Shown: positions 54,110 through 62,789 of the stretch, piece by piece
Layout of the letters: every line of letters begins with the position of its first letter
How positions within the stretch are numbered: the first letter of the stretch is position 1
Source of the DNA: an uncultured Actinomycetes bacterium
GTDB taxonomy: Bacteria; Actinomycetota; Thermoleophilia; Solirubrobacterales; 70-9
Reading direction: 5' to 3'
Assembly: GCA_963708405.1 (NCBI GenBank)
Contig: CAVPSL010000002.1
Span: 426,959 to 490,958, forward strand
Length of the DNA: 64,000 bases
Translations under genes and position numbers: made by a program
The notes under the pieces: generated by a model
The model's database searches: none
What the model was told of the DNA's origin: nothing
What the model saw: only the letters and a program-made list of their open reading frames with translations

Positions 54110-55731
54110 TGCCCCGGCGCGACACTAGCTGGTGGGGCTGGGGAGACCCGGCGGTGCGGCCGGAGCTCGACGAGGCGGCGCTGGCGGTCCTGCGCGAGCG
54201 CCTCGGTGAGCTGGAGCCGTGGCCGCTGGCGCACGAGCTGGCGGGCTTCCCGCTGCCGGCGGCGGAGCCGCTGCCGCAGGCGCTGATCGACGCGGTCGGG
54301 GAGGAGAACGTTTTCGCTGGCGATGAGGACCGGCTGCGGCACGCAACGGGGCGGGGCTACGTCGACCTGGCGCGGCTGCGCCTTGGCGAGGTCGGCGGCG
54401 CGCCCGACGCGGTGCTAACGCCCGGCGATGCCGCGGCGGTGAAGCGGGTGCTCGACGCCTGCGCCAGCGAGGGCATCGCTGTGGTCCCGTTCGGCGGCGG
54501 CAGCAGCGTCGTCGGCGGGGTCGAGCCGCTGCGCGGCTCGCACTCGCGCCTGGTCAGCCTCGACCTCACCGCTCTGCGTGATGTCGAGGTTGACCACCGC
54601 TCGCTCACCGCCCGTCTCGGCGCCGGCCTGCGCGGGCCGGAGGCGGAGGCAGCGCTGGGGCGCGAGGGCCTCACGCTCGGCCACTTCCCACAGTCCTTCG
54701 AGTACGCGACGATCGGCGGCTTCGCCGCCACCCGCTCGGCCGGACAGGCCTCGAGCGGCTACGGCCGCTTCGACTCGCTGGTCAGCTCGGTGCGGATGAT
54801 CTCGCCGGCGGGCGAGCTGGAGACGTTGGCGACGCCGCACACCGCCGCTGGCCCGGCCCTGCGCGAGCTTGTGATCGGCTCCGAGGGCACGCTCGGCGTC
54901 ATTCCCGACGTCACCGTGCGGGTACGGCCGGCGCCGCGTCGGCGCCGCTACGAGGCCTGGATCGCGGAGAGCTTCGAGGCCGGCGCCGAGATCGTGCGCT
55001 CACTGGCCCAGGGTTCGGAGCAGCCCACCGTGATCCGGGTCTCCGATGAGGAGGAGACCGAGGGCTCGCTGGCCCTCTCCGGTCCCCGCGGCGCCGCCGG
55101 CAAGGCCTTCGACGGCTACCTCGGCCTGCGTCGCCGCCGCGGCGGCGCGCTCATGATCGTTGGCTTCGAGGGCGAGGAGGAGTCGGTGGCGCGCCGCCGC
55201 GCCCTCGCCGTGCGGGCGCTGCGCAGCGGCGGTGCCGCCTACCTCGGCCAGGCGGCGGGCCGCTCCTGGGAGCACGGCCGCTACCAGGGTCCCTACCTCC
55301 GCGACACGCTGATGGGGATGGGGGCGATGGTCGAGACGCTGGAGACCTCGCACACCTGGAGCCGGCTGGGCGAGCTGCACGCTGCCGTCAGCGGTGCGAT
55401 CCGCGCCGCCCTGGCCGCGCAGGGGACGCCCGGCATCATCTGGTGCCACCTCTCACACGCCTACGCCGACGGCGCCTCGCTCTACTTCACTTTCATCGCC
55501 CGCCGCCGGCCCGGCGCTGAGCTGGAGCAATGGCGCACGGTCAAGCAGGCTGCCTCGGAGGCGATCGTCGCCAGTGGCGCCACGATCACCCACCACCACG
55601 CTGTCGGCCGTGACCACGGCCTCTACATGCGGGCTGAGGTGGGGGAGACCGGCCTGGAGGTACTGCGAGCGGTGAAGGACCAGCTCGATCCGGCCGGGAT
55701 CATGAACCCCGGCAAGCTGCTGCCGGCTTAG
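54109..55731 (+). CDS. FAD-linked oxidase, alkyl-dihydroxyacetonephosphate synthase (AGPS)-like
   Basis: N-terminal WWGWG motif, FAD-binding PCMH-type region (VVPFGGGSSVVGG), and C-terminal GGTITHHHAVG-type motif (GATITHHHAVGRDH). The start overlaps the upstream stop. Confidence 0.8.
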   Translation: MPRRDTSWWGWGDPAVRPELDEAALAVLRERLGELEPWPLAHELAGFPLPAAEPLPQALIDAVGEENVFAGDEDRLRHATGRGYVDLARLRLGEVGGAPDAVLTPGDAAAVKRVLDACASEGIAVVPFGGGSSVVGGVEPLRGSHSRLVSLDLTALRDVEVDHRSLTARLGAGLRGPEAEAALGREGLTLGHFPQSFEYATIGGFAATRSAGQASSGYGRFDSLVSSVRMISPAGELETLATPHTAAGPALRELVIGSEGTLGVIPDVTVRVRPAPRRRRYEAWIAESFEAGAEIVRSLAQGSEQPTVIRVSDEEETEGSLALSGPRGAAGKAFDGYLGLRRRRGGALMIVGFEGEEESVARRRALAVRALRSGGAAYLGQAAGRSWEHGRYQGPYLRDTLMGMGAMVETLETSHTWSRLGELHAAVSGAIRAALAAQGTPGIIWCHLSHAYADGASLYFTFIARRRPGAELEQWRTVKQAASEAIVASGATITHHHAVGRDHGLYMRAEVGETGLEVLRAVKDQLDPAGIMNPGKLLPA

Positions 55732-56645
55732 CCTTCGGCTTCCGCTTCGGCTTTTTCGATGATCGGGCCTTCGATCTGGCCCCGCAGGACGCTGGTGCCG
55801 ACGTGTTCGGGCAGCTGTTTCTGCTTTTTGGCGCGGGCGACCTCGGCCGCGTATTCGGCGTTGTCGGTCAGCGAGATGTCGATCTGGTTGAAGGCGCCGT
55901 TGGAGACGTAGCCGAGCAGTTCGGTCGGGATCGGCAACTGCACCGCCAGGTTGCCGTTCTTGCCGACTTTGACGGCGCCGACGCGCAGCGCCAGCTTCGG
56001 CGACTTGTAGAGCCAGACGGCGTAGGCGGAGCCGGCCGGCGAGGGTTCGAGGCCGGTCGCTTCGACCTGTAGGGCGACGTTCTTCTTGACGCGGCCGAAT
56101 AGTGCTCGGCCTTCGCCTTCGCCACCGTCAACCGGGGAGAGGACCGCCTGCGTCAGTTCGGAGTTTTCGGCGGCGGCGTTGGTGCCGGTGGTCGTGCCGG
56201 TGGCGGCCGAGCCACTTTCACCGGAGCCGGAACTGCCACCGCTGCCGCCGACGATCAGCAGCACAACGACGACCACAATCACCAGCAGCCCGGCGGCGAT
56301 CGCCGCCTGCACGCCGCGGTCTTTGGGCAAGGACAGTTTGGGGCGCCCACTGGGCGCGGGGGCGGCACTCGGAGCGGGTTTCGGCTCCGGGGCGGCCTGG
56401 GGCGGCGGCGCGGGGGGCTCCTCGCGCTTGGGCGGCGGCGGTGGCTGCTCCTCGGCCGGCTCCGGCTCGGGGGGCGGGACCGGCGGTGCGGGCTCGCCTT
56501 CGGCCTCGAGTTGGGCCAGGGCGTCTTTGACCTTGGCCCTGACCTCGTCGACGCTGAGGCCCATCAGGGCCGCCAGGTCGTCATATCCCTGCTCGCGCTG
56601 CGCAAGCAGGCGCAGCATCGCCTTCTGGTCCTCGCTGAGCGCCAC
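55728..56645 (-). CDS. Single-pass membrane protein with N-terminal sigma-70 region-4-like HTH, Pro-rich linker and extracytoplasmic domain
   Basis: LSEDQKAMLRLLAQREQGYDDLAALMGLSVDEVRAKVKDAL, then a PPVPPPEPEP linker, TM helix AAIAAGLLVIVVVVVLLIV, and a beta-rich C-terminal half. GTG start with TAGGGT 8 nt upstream. Confidence 0.65.
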   Translation of the reverse strand: MALSEDQKAMLRLLAQREQGYDDLAALMGLSVDEVRAKVKDALAQLEAEGEPAPPVPPPEPEPAEEQPPPPPKREEPPAPPPQAAPEPKPAPSAAPAPSGRPKLSLPKDRGVQAAIAAGLLVIVVVVVLLIVGGSGGSSGSGESGSAATGTTTGTNAAAENSELTQAVLSPVDGGEGEGRALFGRVKKNVALQVEATGLEPSPAGSAYAVWLYKSPKLALRVGAVKVGKNGNLAVQLPIPTELLGYVSNGAFNQIDISLTDNAEYAAEVARAKKQKQLPEHVGTSVLRGQIEGPIIEKAEAEAEG

Positions 56646-56653
56646 CGGCGTGA

Positions 56654-56659
56654 ACCCTA
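56654..56659 (-). promoter_or_regulatory. -10-like hexamer TAGGGT (minus strand) 8 nt upstream of GTG 56645
   Basis: The plus-strand sequence is ACCCTA at 56654-56659. There is no SD between the hexamer and the start. Confidence 0.35.
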
Positions 56660-56726
56660 CGCGCTGGCGCTGTCGGCTTGGCGGCTCAGAGGCCAGGAGC
56701 AGCGAAGGCTTAACGTCGGCTGCGGG

Positions 56727-56732
56727 TAGGGT
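56727..56732 (+). promoter_or_regulatory. -10-like hexamer TAGGGT 8 nt upstream of ATG 56741
   Basis: It is the divergent partner of the preceding hexamer. There is no SD. Confidence 0.35.
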
Positions 56733-56740
56733 TGCGGCCG

Positions 56741-57148
56741 ATGTCGGACGACCCCCGCGGCCTGCGCTCCCACTTCGACGCCCTGCTCGGCACCGAGTGG
56801 CTCGATGACGACCCCGACCACGCCCGCGTGCGGGTGTCGATGCGCGACGAGTTGCGCCAGCCAGTCGGCCTTCTGCACGGCGGCGTGATGTCGACTTTGG
56901 TCGAGAGCGTCTGCTCGCGCGCCACCGCCCTCGCCGTCCTCGACGGGGGGATGATGGCGATGGGCCAGTCGATCAGCGTCAACTTCATCCGCCCGGTCAC
57001 CGAGGGCCACGCCGAAGTCCGCGCCCGCGCGCGCCATCGCGGCCGCACCACCTGGGTCTGGGACGCCGAAGTCCTCAACGCCGAAGAAAAACTCTGCGCG
57101 CTGGCCCAGATGACGATCGCGGTGCGGCCGATCCCGCGGGACCGCTAG
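56741..57148 (+). CDS. PaaI/hotdog-fold thioesterase
   Basis: N..G.LHGGVMSTLVESVCS...... pattern of the PaaI family. ATG 56741 is preferred over TTG 56732. Confidence 0.8.
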   Translation: MSDDPRGLRSHFDALLGTEWLDDDPDHARVRVSMRDELRQPVGLLHGGVMSTLVESVCSRATALAVLDGGMMAMGQSISVNFIRPVTEGHAEVRARARHRGRTTWVWDAEVLNAEEKLCALAQMTIAVRPIPRDR

Positions 57149-58809
57149 CCGCCGAAACGGTTCGTAATGGGAAGGCGCCGGTCCTTGCCGAACGCCTTCG
57201 GGGTGATGCGGATGCCCGGCGCGGCCTGGCGCCGCTTGTACTCGGAGCGGTCGACGAGGCGGGTCACCTCGTCGACGACGGCCGCCGGCATCCCGGCGCC
57301 GATCATCTCCTCGCGGCCCTCGTCGCGCTCGACGTAGGCCTCGAGGATGCGGTCGAGCAGGTCGTAGGGGGGGAGGGAGTCGCTGTCGAGCTGATCGGGC
57401 CGCAACTCGGCTGAGGGCGGACGCTCGATCACCGAGGCCGGGACCAGCTCGCGCCCGGCCCGTTCGTTCCGCCGTTCGGTCAGCTCATAGACGAGCGTCT
57501 TCGGCACGTCCTTGATCACCGCGAAGCCGCCCGCCATGTCGCCGTAGAGGGTCGCGTAGCCGACCGACATCTCGCTCTTGTTGCCGGTGGTCAGCACCAG
57601 CCAGCCGTGGCGGTTGGAGAGCGCCATCATCAGGTTGCCGCGGATCCGGGCCTGGATGTTCTCCGCCGCCAGGTCGGGCTCAGAGCGGTGAGTTGGGTCG
57701 CGGGGCAGCGGCTCGGCGCCGGCCCCCGCGTCGCCGTCGCCGCGAAAGGCGGGGCCCAGCGCCCGCTCGTAGTCGCTCATCGTCTCCCCGATCGGGATCT
57801 CGATCAGCTCGCAGCCGAGGTTTGCAGCGATATTCCTGGCGTCCTGCTGGGTTTCATCACTCGAATGAGGGGAGGGCATGACCACGCAACTGACCCGCTC
57901 GGCGCCGAGAGCGTCGACGGCCAGCAGCGCCACCAGGGCGGAGTCGATCCCGCCCGAGAGGCCGAGGCCGACGTGGCGGAAGCCGTTCTTCTCGACGTAG
58001 TCGCGGAGGCCGAGCACGAGCGCCGCGTAGACCTCGTCGAGGTCGGCCAGTGGCGCGGCCAGGAGGCCGCCCTCGGGGACGTCGCAGAGGAGCAGCTCCT
58101 CCTCGAACTGGGCGGCGCGGGCAACGACGGCGCCGCTGGGGTCGGTGACGAGGCTCTGGCCGTCGAAGACAAGCTCGTCCTGGCCGCCGACCAGGTTGCA
58201 GAAGAAGAACCAGGCGCCGTAGGCGCGCGAGCGTTCGGCGAACATCGCTTCGCGCTCGCGGCCCTTGCCGCGATGGTACGGCGAGCCCGAGGGGTTGGCG
58301 ATCAACCGCGCGCCCGCCTCCGCCTCGGTCTGCGCCGGCGGCCCCGGCACCCAGACGTCCTCGCAGATCGTCAGCCCGATGCCCTCGCCGCCGACCTCGA
58401 TGGTGAGCGGCTCGGCGGCGGGAACGAAGTAGCGCTGCTCGTCGAAGACGGCGTAGTTGGGCAGGCGGTTCTTGCGGTAGACGCTGCGGACGGCGCCGTC
58501 GGCGAGGACCGCCAGCGAGTTGTGGGCGTGGCGTGGGTCGCCGGCATCGGCGACCGGCTCGGCGAAGCCGACCAGGACCGTGGTGCCGCTGACGCCGCGG
58601 GCCAGCTCCTCGACCGCGCGCTGGTTGGCGGCGACGAAGTGGCGCTTGAGGTAGAGGTCCTCGGCCGGGTAGCCGGGCAGGGCCAGCTCGGGGAAGATCG
58701 TCAGCTCGGCGCCGGCCTCGCGGGCACGACCGATCCAGGCGGCGATTTTGGCCGCGTTGCCGTCGATGTCGCCGACGGTGGGGTCGATCTGGGCGAGCGC
58801 TACGCGCAT
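57145..58809 (-). CDS. nadE: Glutamine-dependent NAD+ synthetase
   Basis: 554 aa. N-terminal CN-hydrolase domain (RVALAQIDPTVGD...FPELALPGYP...ICED.W). C-terminal synthetase domain with P-loop GLSGGIDSALVA. Confidence 0.95.
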   Translation of the reverse strand: MRVALAQIDPTVGDIDGNAAKIAAWIGRAREAGAELTIFPELALPGYPAEDLYLKRHFVAANQRAVEELARGVSGTTVLVGFAEPVADAGDPRHAHNSLAVLADGAVRSVYRKNRLPNYAVFDEQRYFVPAAEPLTIEVGGEGIGLTICEDVWVPGPPAQTEAEAGARLIANPSGSPYHRGKGREREAMFAERSRAYGAWFFFCNLVGGQDELVFDGQSLVTDPSGAVVARAAQFEEELLLCDVPEGGLLAAPLADLDEVYAALVLGLRDYVEKNGFRHVGLGLSGGIDSALVALLAVDALGAERVSCVVMPSPHSSDETQQDARNIAANLGCELIEIPIGETMSDYERALGPAFRGDGDAGAGAEPLPRDPTHRSEPDLAAENIQARIRGNLMMALSNRHGWLVLTTGNKSEMSVGYATLYGDMAGGFAVIKDVPKTLVYELTERRNERAGRELVPASVIERPPSAELRPDQLDSDSLPPYDLLDRILEAYVERDEGREEMIGAGMPAAVVDEVTRLVDRSEYKRRQAAPGIRITPKAFGKDRRLPITNRFGG

Positions 58810-58877
58810 GGCTCCGAGCGGGGGAACACGGCCGAAGTATCGCGGTCGGCCGCGCCGGAGCGGGCCGCGGTGGTCGC

Positions 58878-58883
58878 TAGGCT
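58878..58883 (+). promoter_or_regulatory. -10-like hexamer TAGGCT exactly 7 nt upstream of ATG 58891 (leaderless-type promoter candidate)
   Basis: TANNNT hexamer, a 7-nt gap and then ATG. Confidence 0.4.
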
Positions 58884-58890
58884 GAGGCCG

Positions 58891-60324
58891 ATGCGGGACC
58901 GTCGTCGCCAGTTGGCCGGCCTCTCGGTGGCGGCGCTGGTACTCGCCGCCGCCTCGCCGATGGCGGCCAGCGCCGCGACCGGCTTGGCGCCAGCGGTCCC
59001 GAGCCTCGCCTCCGCTTGGCAGAAGCCTTTCATCGCGCCGAAACCGCGCCCGACCGAAACGCGGGAACGGCCGACCGACAAAGCCGACCCCAATCGCAAC
59101 GCCTACACGGTGCCGGAGGCGCCGCGCTCACCGGCCTGCGGCCCGCACTTCTGCGTCCACTGGGTGGCCGAGGGCATCGATGCGCCGAAGCTGACCGACA
59201 GCAACGGCAACGGCATCCCCAACTTCGTCGAGCAGGTGCTGCGGGTGGCCGAACACGTGCACGAAATCGAGAACGAAAAACTCGGCTGGCGTGAGCCCAA
59301 GAGCGACGGCCGCAAGGGCGGAGGCAACGGCAAGACCGACATCTACCTCTCCCAGATTGGCGGCCAACTGTTCGGCTACGCCGCCCCCGACCGCGGCCAG
59401 GGAAGAAAGGGGCACCGGACGCCGCGCCGTCTGCACGGCTACCTGGTCCTCGACAACGACTACAGCTCCTTCGAGTTCCCCGGCACCAGCCCGACCCATG
59501 ACCTCGAGGTGACGCTGGCCCACGAGTACAACCACATCCTCCAGTTCGGCTACGACGCCTACCAGGACCCCTGGTTCGCCGAGTCGAGCGCGACCTGGAT
59601 GGAGGACCAGGTCTACAACGGCATCAACGACTACCTGCGCTACGTGCGGCGCTGGGTCAAACTCTGGGAAACGCCGCTGACGACGAGCTCGATCAAGATG
59701 TACGGCTCTGCCGTCTGGAACGAGTGGCTGGCGCGTCACTACGGCCTCTCGATCGTCCGCAAGACCTGGGCGCGGGCGATTCACGTCAAGCCCGGTGGCT
59801 TCTCCGTCGCCGCCTACGAAGCGGCGATCGAGGCCGCCGGCCCGTCAACCCTCAGCCGTGACTTCAGCCGCTTCGCCGCCGCCACCGCCGAGTGGCGCAC
59901 CGGCGAGGGCTTCCGCGAGAGCTACCTGTACCCGGACATGCCGCGCCAAGGGCGTTTGGTGCCCGACGGGCCGACCCTGACCCGGCTGCTCAACCACACC
60001 ACCTTCCAACTGCTGCGCCTGCACGTCCCGCATGGTCGCGCCGCCGTCCTCCATGTCACGGCGCCGCGGGGAATCGCCGCCGGCATCGCCCTGGTGGGGC
60101 GGCTCGGCAGCGAGAAGCAGGGGCGCACCGTGACCCGGCTCGCCTTCCGCCGCGGCGGCGGCAAGCTGCGGGTGCGCCTGGGCAACCCCGGCCGCTACAG
60201 CCGCGTCACCGCGGTCGTCGTCAACGCCGACGCCAGTGTCAACGGCTTCAGCGCCCGTCGCCTCGACTGGCGCTACCTGACCGACCAGGTGCCGTTCCAG
60301 GTCCGCGCCACGCTGGTGCCCTGA
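58891..60324 (+). CDS. Secreted putative zinc metallopeptidase (HExxH) of unknown family
   Basis: Signal peptide (LAGLSVAALVLAAASPMAASA). TLAHEYNHILQ contains HEYNH, followed 16 residues later by ESSATWMED. Only the part from 58891 is accepted; the upstream 430 aa of the 905-aa ORF is antisense to nadE. Confidence 0.65.
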   Translation: MRDRRRQLAGLSVAALVLAAASPMAASAATGLAPAVPSLASAWQKPFIAPKPRPTETRERPTDKADPNRNAYTVPEAPRSPACGPHFCVHWVAEGIDAPKLTDSNGNGIPNFVEQVLRVAEHVHEIENEKLGWREPKSDGRKGGGNGKTDIYLSQIGGQLFGYAAPDRGQGRKGHRTPRRLHGYLVLDNDYSSFEFPGTSPTHDLEVTLAHEYNHILQFGYDAYQDPWFAESSATWMEDQVYNGINDYLRYVRRWVKLWETPLTTSSIKMYGSAVWNEWLARHYGLSIVRKTWARAIHVKPGGFSVAAYEAAIEAAGPSTLSRDFSRFAAATAEWRTGEGFRESYLYPDMPRQGRLVPDGPTLTRLLNHTTFQLLRLHVPHGRAAVLHVTAPRGIAAGIALVGRLGSEKQGRTVTRLAFRRGGGKLRVRLGNPGRYSRVTAVVVNADASVNGFSARRLDWRYLTDQVPFQVRATLVP

Positions 60325-60364
60325 GCGCGGCAGCGCCGCTTGGGCGCTTGCCCGCGGTGTCCGC

Positions 60365-61804
60365 TCAGGAGCGCGACTCGGTCGCGACCGGGCCACTGCC
60401 GTTGCTGGCGGCAGCCTTCGCCCGCTTGCGCGCTTTGGGGCCGGCGGTGGCGACAATCTCGGTCGTCGCCGCATCGAGATCGAGGCCGAAGCTCTCCAGG
60501 TCGGCCATCGCGTCGTAGTCGCCGACAAGCCCGAAGTTGACCTGGCCGTTGTAGGACATGATCCCCACGCAGAGCGCCTGGCGGCGGGCCAGGGGCACCA
60601 TCGGGAAGATCGACTCCATCTTGCGGCCGAGTACGTAGAGCGGGAACTGCGGTCCCGGGACGTTGGTGACGACGAGGTTGAAGAAGCGCTGTGCCGGCTG
60701 CAGACGGGCGGCCTGGGAGACGATCGTGCCCGGCGCGAAGTCGGTCAGTTTGGTGAGGATTTCGGCGCCGACCGCCTGCCCGGAGGTCTTCAGGTCGCCC
60801 ATCTCGGCGCTGACGACGTGCAGCCGCTCGACCGGGTCCTCGCACCAGACCGGCAGCGGCGCCATCATCGCCGTGATGCGGTTGCCGAGGGCACCGTGCT
60901 CTTCGGCGGCGCGGACGCTGACCGGGACCATCGCCCGCAGCTCGAGGCCGGCGGTGTCGTGGCCGCGGGCGCGCAGGTATTTGCCGAGGGCGCCGGCGAC
61001 GATCGAGAGGATGACGTCGTTGACGGTGCCGCCGTGGGCGTCCTTGACCCGCTTCAGCGCGTCGAGGTCGGTTTGCACCATGGCGAAGCGCCGGTGGGGG
61101 CCGATCTCGGCGTTGAAGACCGAGTGCGGGGCAGAGAGGCCGGCGCCGACCATCTTCGAGGTGGCGCCGATCCCGCGCAGCACCTGGCGCGGGCCGCGGA
61201 AGGCGGCGCGGACGCCGCGGGCGATCTCCTTGGGACTGGTGACGCGCTCGCGTAGGGCGTCGCCGAGCAGCTTCAGGTCGGTCGGCTCGGGCCGGGCCAG
61301 CCAGGGTGGCGCCGCCGCCGGCACGCCATCCGGCTCGGCGTCGAGGTCGAAGAGGACGGTGGTGATGTCGACGCCAGAGACGCCGTCGACGAGCGCGTGG
61401 TGGCTCTTGCCGATGATCGCGAAGCGGTCGTCGTGCAGGCCCTCGACCAGCCACAGCTCCCAGAGCGGCTTGCTGCGGTCGAGCTGCTGGGAGAAGATCC
61501 GCGAGGCCAGGTTGCGTAGCTGCTCGTCGGAGCCGGGCGCGGGCAACGCGGTCTGGCGCACGTGGTACTCGAGGTTGAGGTGCGGGTCGTCGACCCAGAC
61601 CGGGCGGCCCTGGTCGAAGGGGACGAAGCGCAGCTTCTGGCGGAAACGCGGCACCAGGTGCAGGCGCGAGGCGATGTGGTCGCGGAACTCCCCGTGCGAG
61701 GGCGCCGACCCCTCGAAGACGCTGACCGAGGCGACGTGCATGTGCGCGCCGGCGCGCTCAAGGTGGAGGAAAGAAGAGTCGAGGCCCGTCAACCGGTCTG
61801 GCAT
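60365..61804 (-). CDS. Wax ester synthase / diacylglycerol acyltransferase (WS/DGAT)
   Basis: 479 aa. Catalytic HHALVDGVSG motif, N-terminal LDSSFLHLE, and C-terminal NVPGP. Confidence 0.9.
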   Translation of the reverse strand: MPDRLTGLDSSFLHLERAGAHMHVASVSVFEGSAPSHGEFRDHIASRLHLVPRFRQKLRFVPFDQGRPVWVDDPHLNLEYHVRQTALPAPGSDEQLRNLASRIFSQQLDRSKPLWELWLVEGLHDDRFAIIGKSHHALVDGVSGVDITTVLFDLDAEPDGVPAAAPPWLARPEPTDLKLLGDALRERVTSPKEIARGVRAAFRGPRQVLRGIGATSKMVGAGLSAPHSVFNAEIGPHRRFAMVQTDLDALKRVKDAHGGTVNDVILSIVAGALGKYLRARGHDTAGLELRAMVPVSVRAAEEHGALGNRITAMMAPLPVWCEDPVERLHVVSAEMGDLKTSGQAVGAEILTKLTDFAPGTIVSQAARLQPAQRFFNLVVTNVPGPQFPLYVLGRKMESIFPMVPLARRQALCVGIMSYNGQVNFGLVGDYDAMADLESFGLDLDAATTEIVATAGPKARKRAKAAASNGSGPVATESRS

Positions 61805-61962
61805 CTGCCCATCTTCGCACAGGTTGGGTATGCGTCAAAGGGCGAGTTTTTGGCTTTCTGAAGCGGTTTGCACGAGGTCTTGCGGAATCGGGTGCGTGTG
61901 AGGGGCATCACTCTGGCGCTCCACAGGCCCACTTAGCGTGTTTCCTCGCAAAACGAACGAAC

Positions 61963-62122
61963 CCATCTGCCGAATCCCCTCGCACCAAGCGAGCGGGAGC
62001 GGGGGACCCAATGCCACGGCGCCAAAGCCGCGGCGGGGGCGAATCGGGCGGCGAGCCGCCCGTAGCGAGTTGCCGGCACGTGCCGGGGCCCGCGAGCCCG
62101 TCAGCTAACCCCGTAGGCAGCG
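61963..62122 (+). promoter_or_regulatory. Cyclic-di-AMP riboswitch (ydaO/yuaA class)
   Basis: CTGCCGAATC...GAGCGGGGGACCCA...GGGGCGAATC...GAGCCGCCCG...CCCGTCAGCTAACCCCGTAGGCAG. This has the same blocks, in the same order, as the B. subtilis ydaO element recalled from memory. The ends CTGCC/GGCAG can pair as P1. It lies 20 nt upstream of the RlpA-like ATG. Confidence 0.75.
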
Positions 62123-62141
62123 AGAAAGCGAGTGATACACG

Positions 62142-62786
62142 ATGCGATACCTCCTGCCCGCGGTGGCTGCTGCCGCCGCGCTCGCGGTCGGCGCCGTGCC
62201 GGCCGCGGCAACGGATTCGCACCATCAGCGGGGCGAGCGGGCCAAGTCCCACGTCTCCCTGCACGTCTCGCGGCATGTCCTGCTGCAAGGCGAGAAGCTG
62301 GTCGTGCGCGGCCGAGTCAGTCCCGCCGGAGCGCGCCGGGTGAAGCTGGTCGTGCGCGGCCGCGACGGTGGGGTGATCGCCGCCCGCGCCGGCGTCGACG
62401 GCCGTTTCCGAGCCCGCTGGTCACCAGACGTTTCCGGCAGCTACGCGGTCCGCGCCTACGGCGCCCATGACGCCCGCAGCCGCAGCGCCGTCAGCCCCGC
62501 GCGGCGCCTGACCGCGTACCGCCACGCCGGGGCCTCCTACTACGGCCCGGGCCTGTACGGCAACGGCGTCGCCTGCGGTGGCACCCTGATGCCGGGGACG
62601 CTCGGCGTCGCCAACAAGACGCTGCCCTGCGGCACCAAGGTGAAGCTGCGCTACCACGGCCGCACGGTGACCGTGCCGGTAATCGACCGCGGCCCCTACG
62701 TCGCCGGTCGTGACTACGACCTCACCGAGGCGACCAAGCAGCGGCTGCGCTTTCCCGGCGTCGGCACGGTGCTGGCCAGCCGCTAG
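62142..62786 (+). CDS. RlpA-like double-psi beta-barrel (DPBB) cell-wall protein, secreted
   Basis: Signal peptide MRYLLPAVAAAAALAVGAVPAAA. C-terminal GASYYGPGLYGNGVACGGTL....GVANKTLPCGTKVKLRY.GRTVTVPVIDRGPYVAGRDYDLT. Confidence 0.8.
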   Translation: MRYLLPAVAAAAALAVGAVPAAATDSHHQRGERAKSHVSLHVSRHVLLQGEKLVVRGRVSPAGARRVKLVVRGRDGGVIAARAGVDGRFRARWSPDVSGSYAVRAYGAHDARSRSAVSPARRLTAYRHAGASYYGPGLYGNGVACGGTLMPGTLGVANKTLPCGTKVKLRYHGRTVTVPVIDRGPYVAGRDYDLTEATKQRLRFPGVGTVLASR

Positions 62787-62789
62787 CCG

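Noticed and set aside
57607-58890. N-terminal ~430 aa of the 905-aa plus-strand ORF 57607..60324
   Set aside because: It is entirely antisense to the well-supported nadE gene and has the Ala/Gly/Arg/Val-rich composition typical of GC-rich shadow ORFs. A signal-peptide-bearing start at 58891 with its own promoter-like element explains the real gene.
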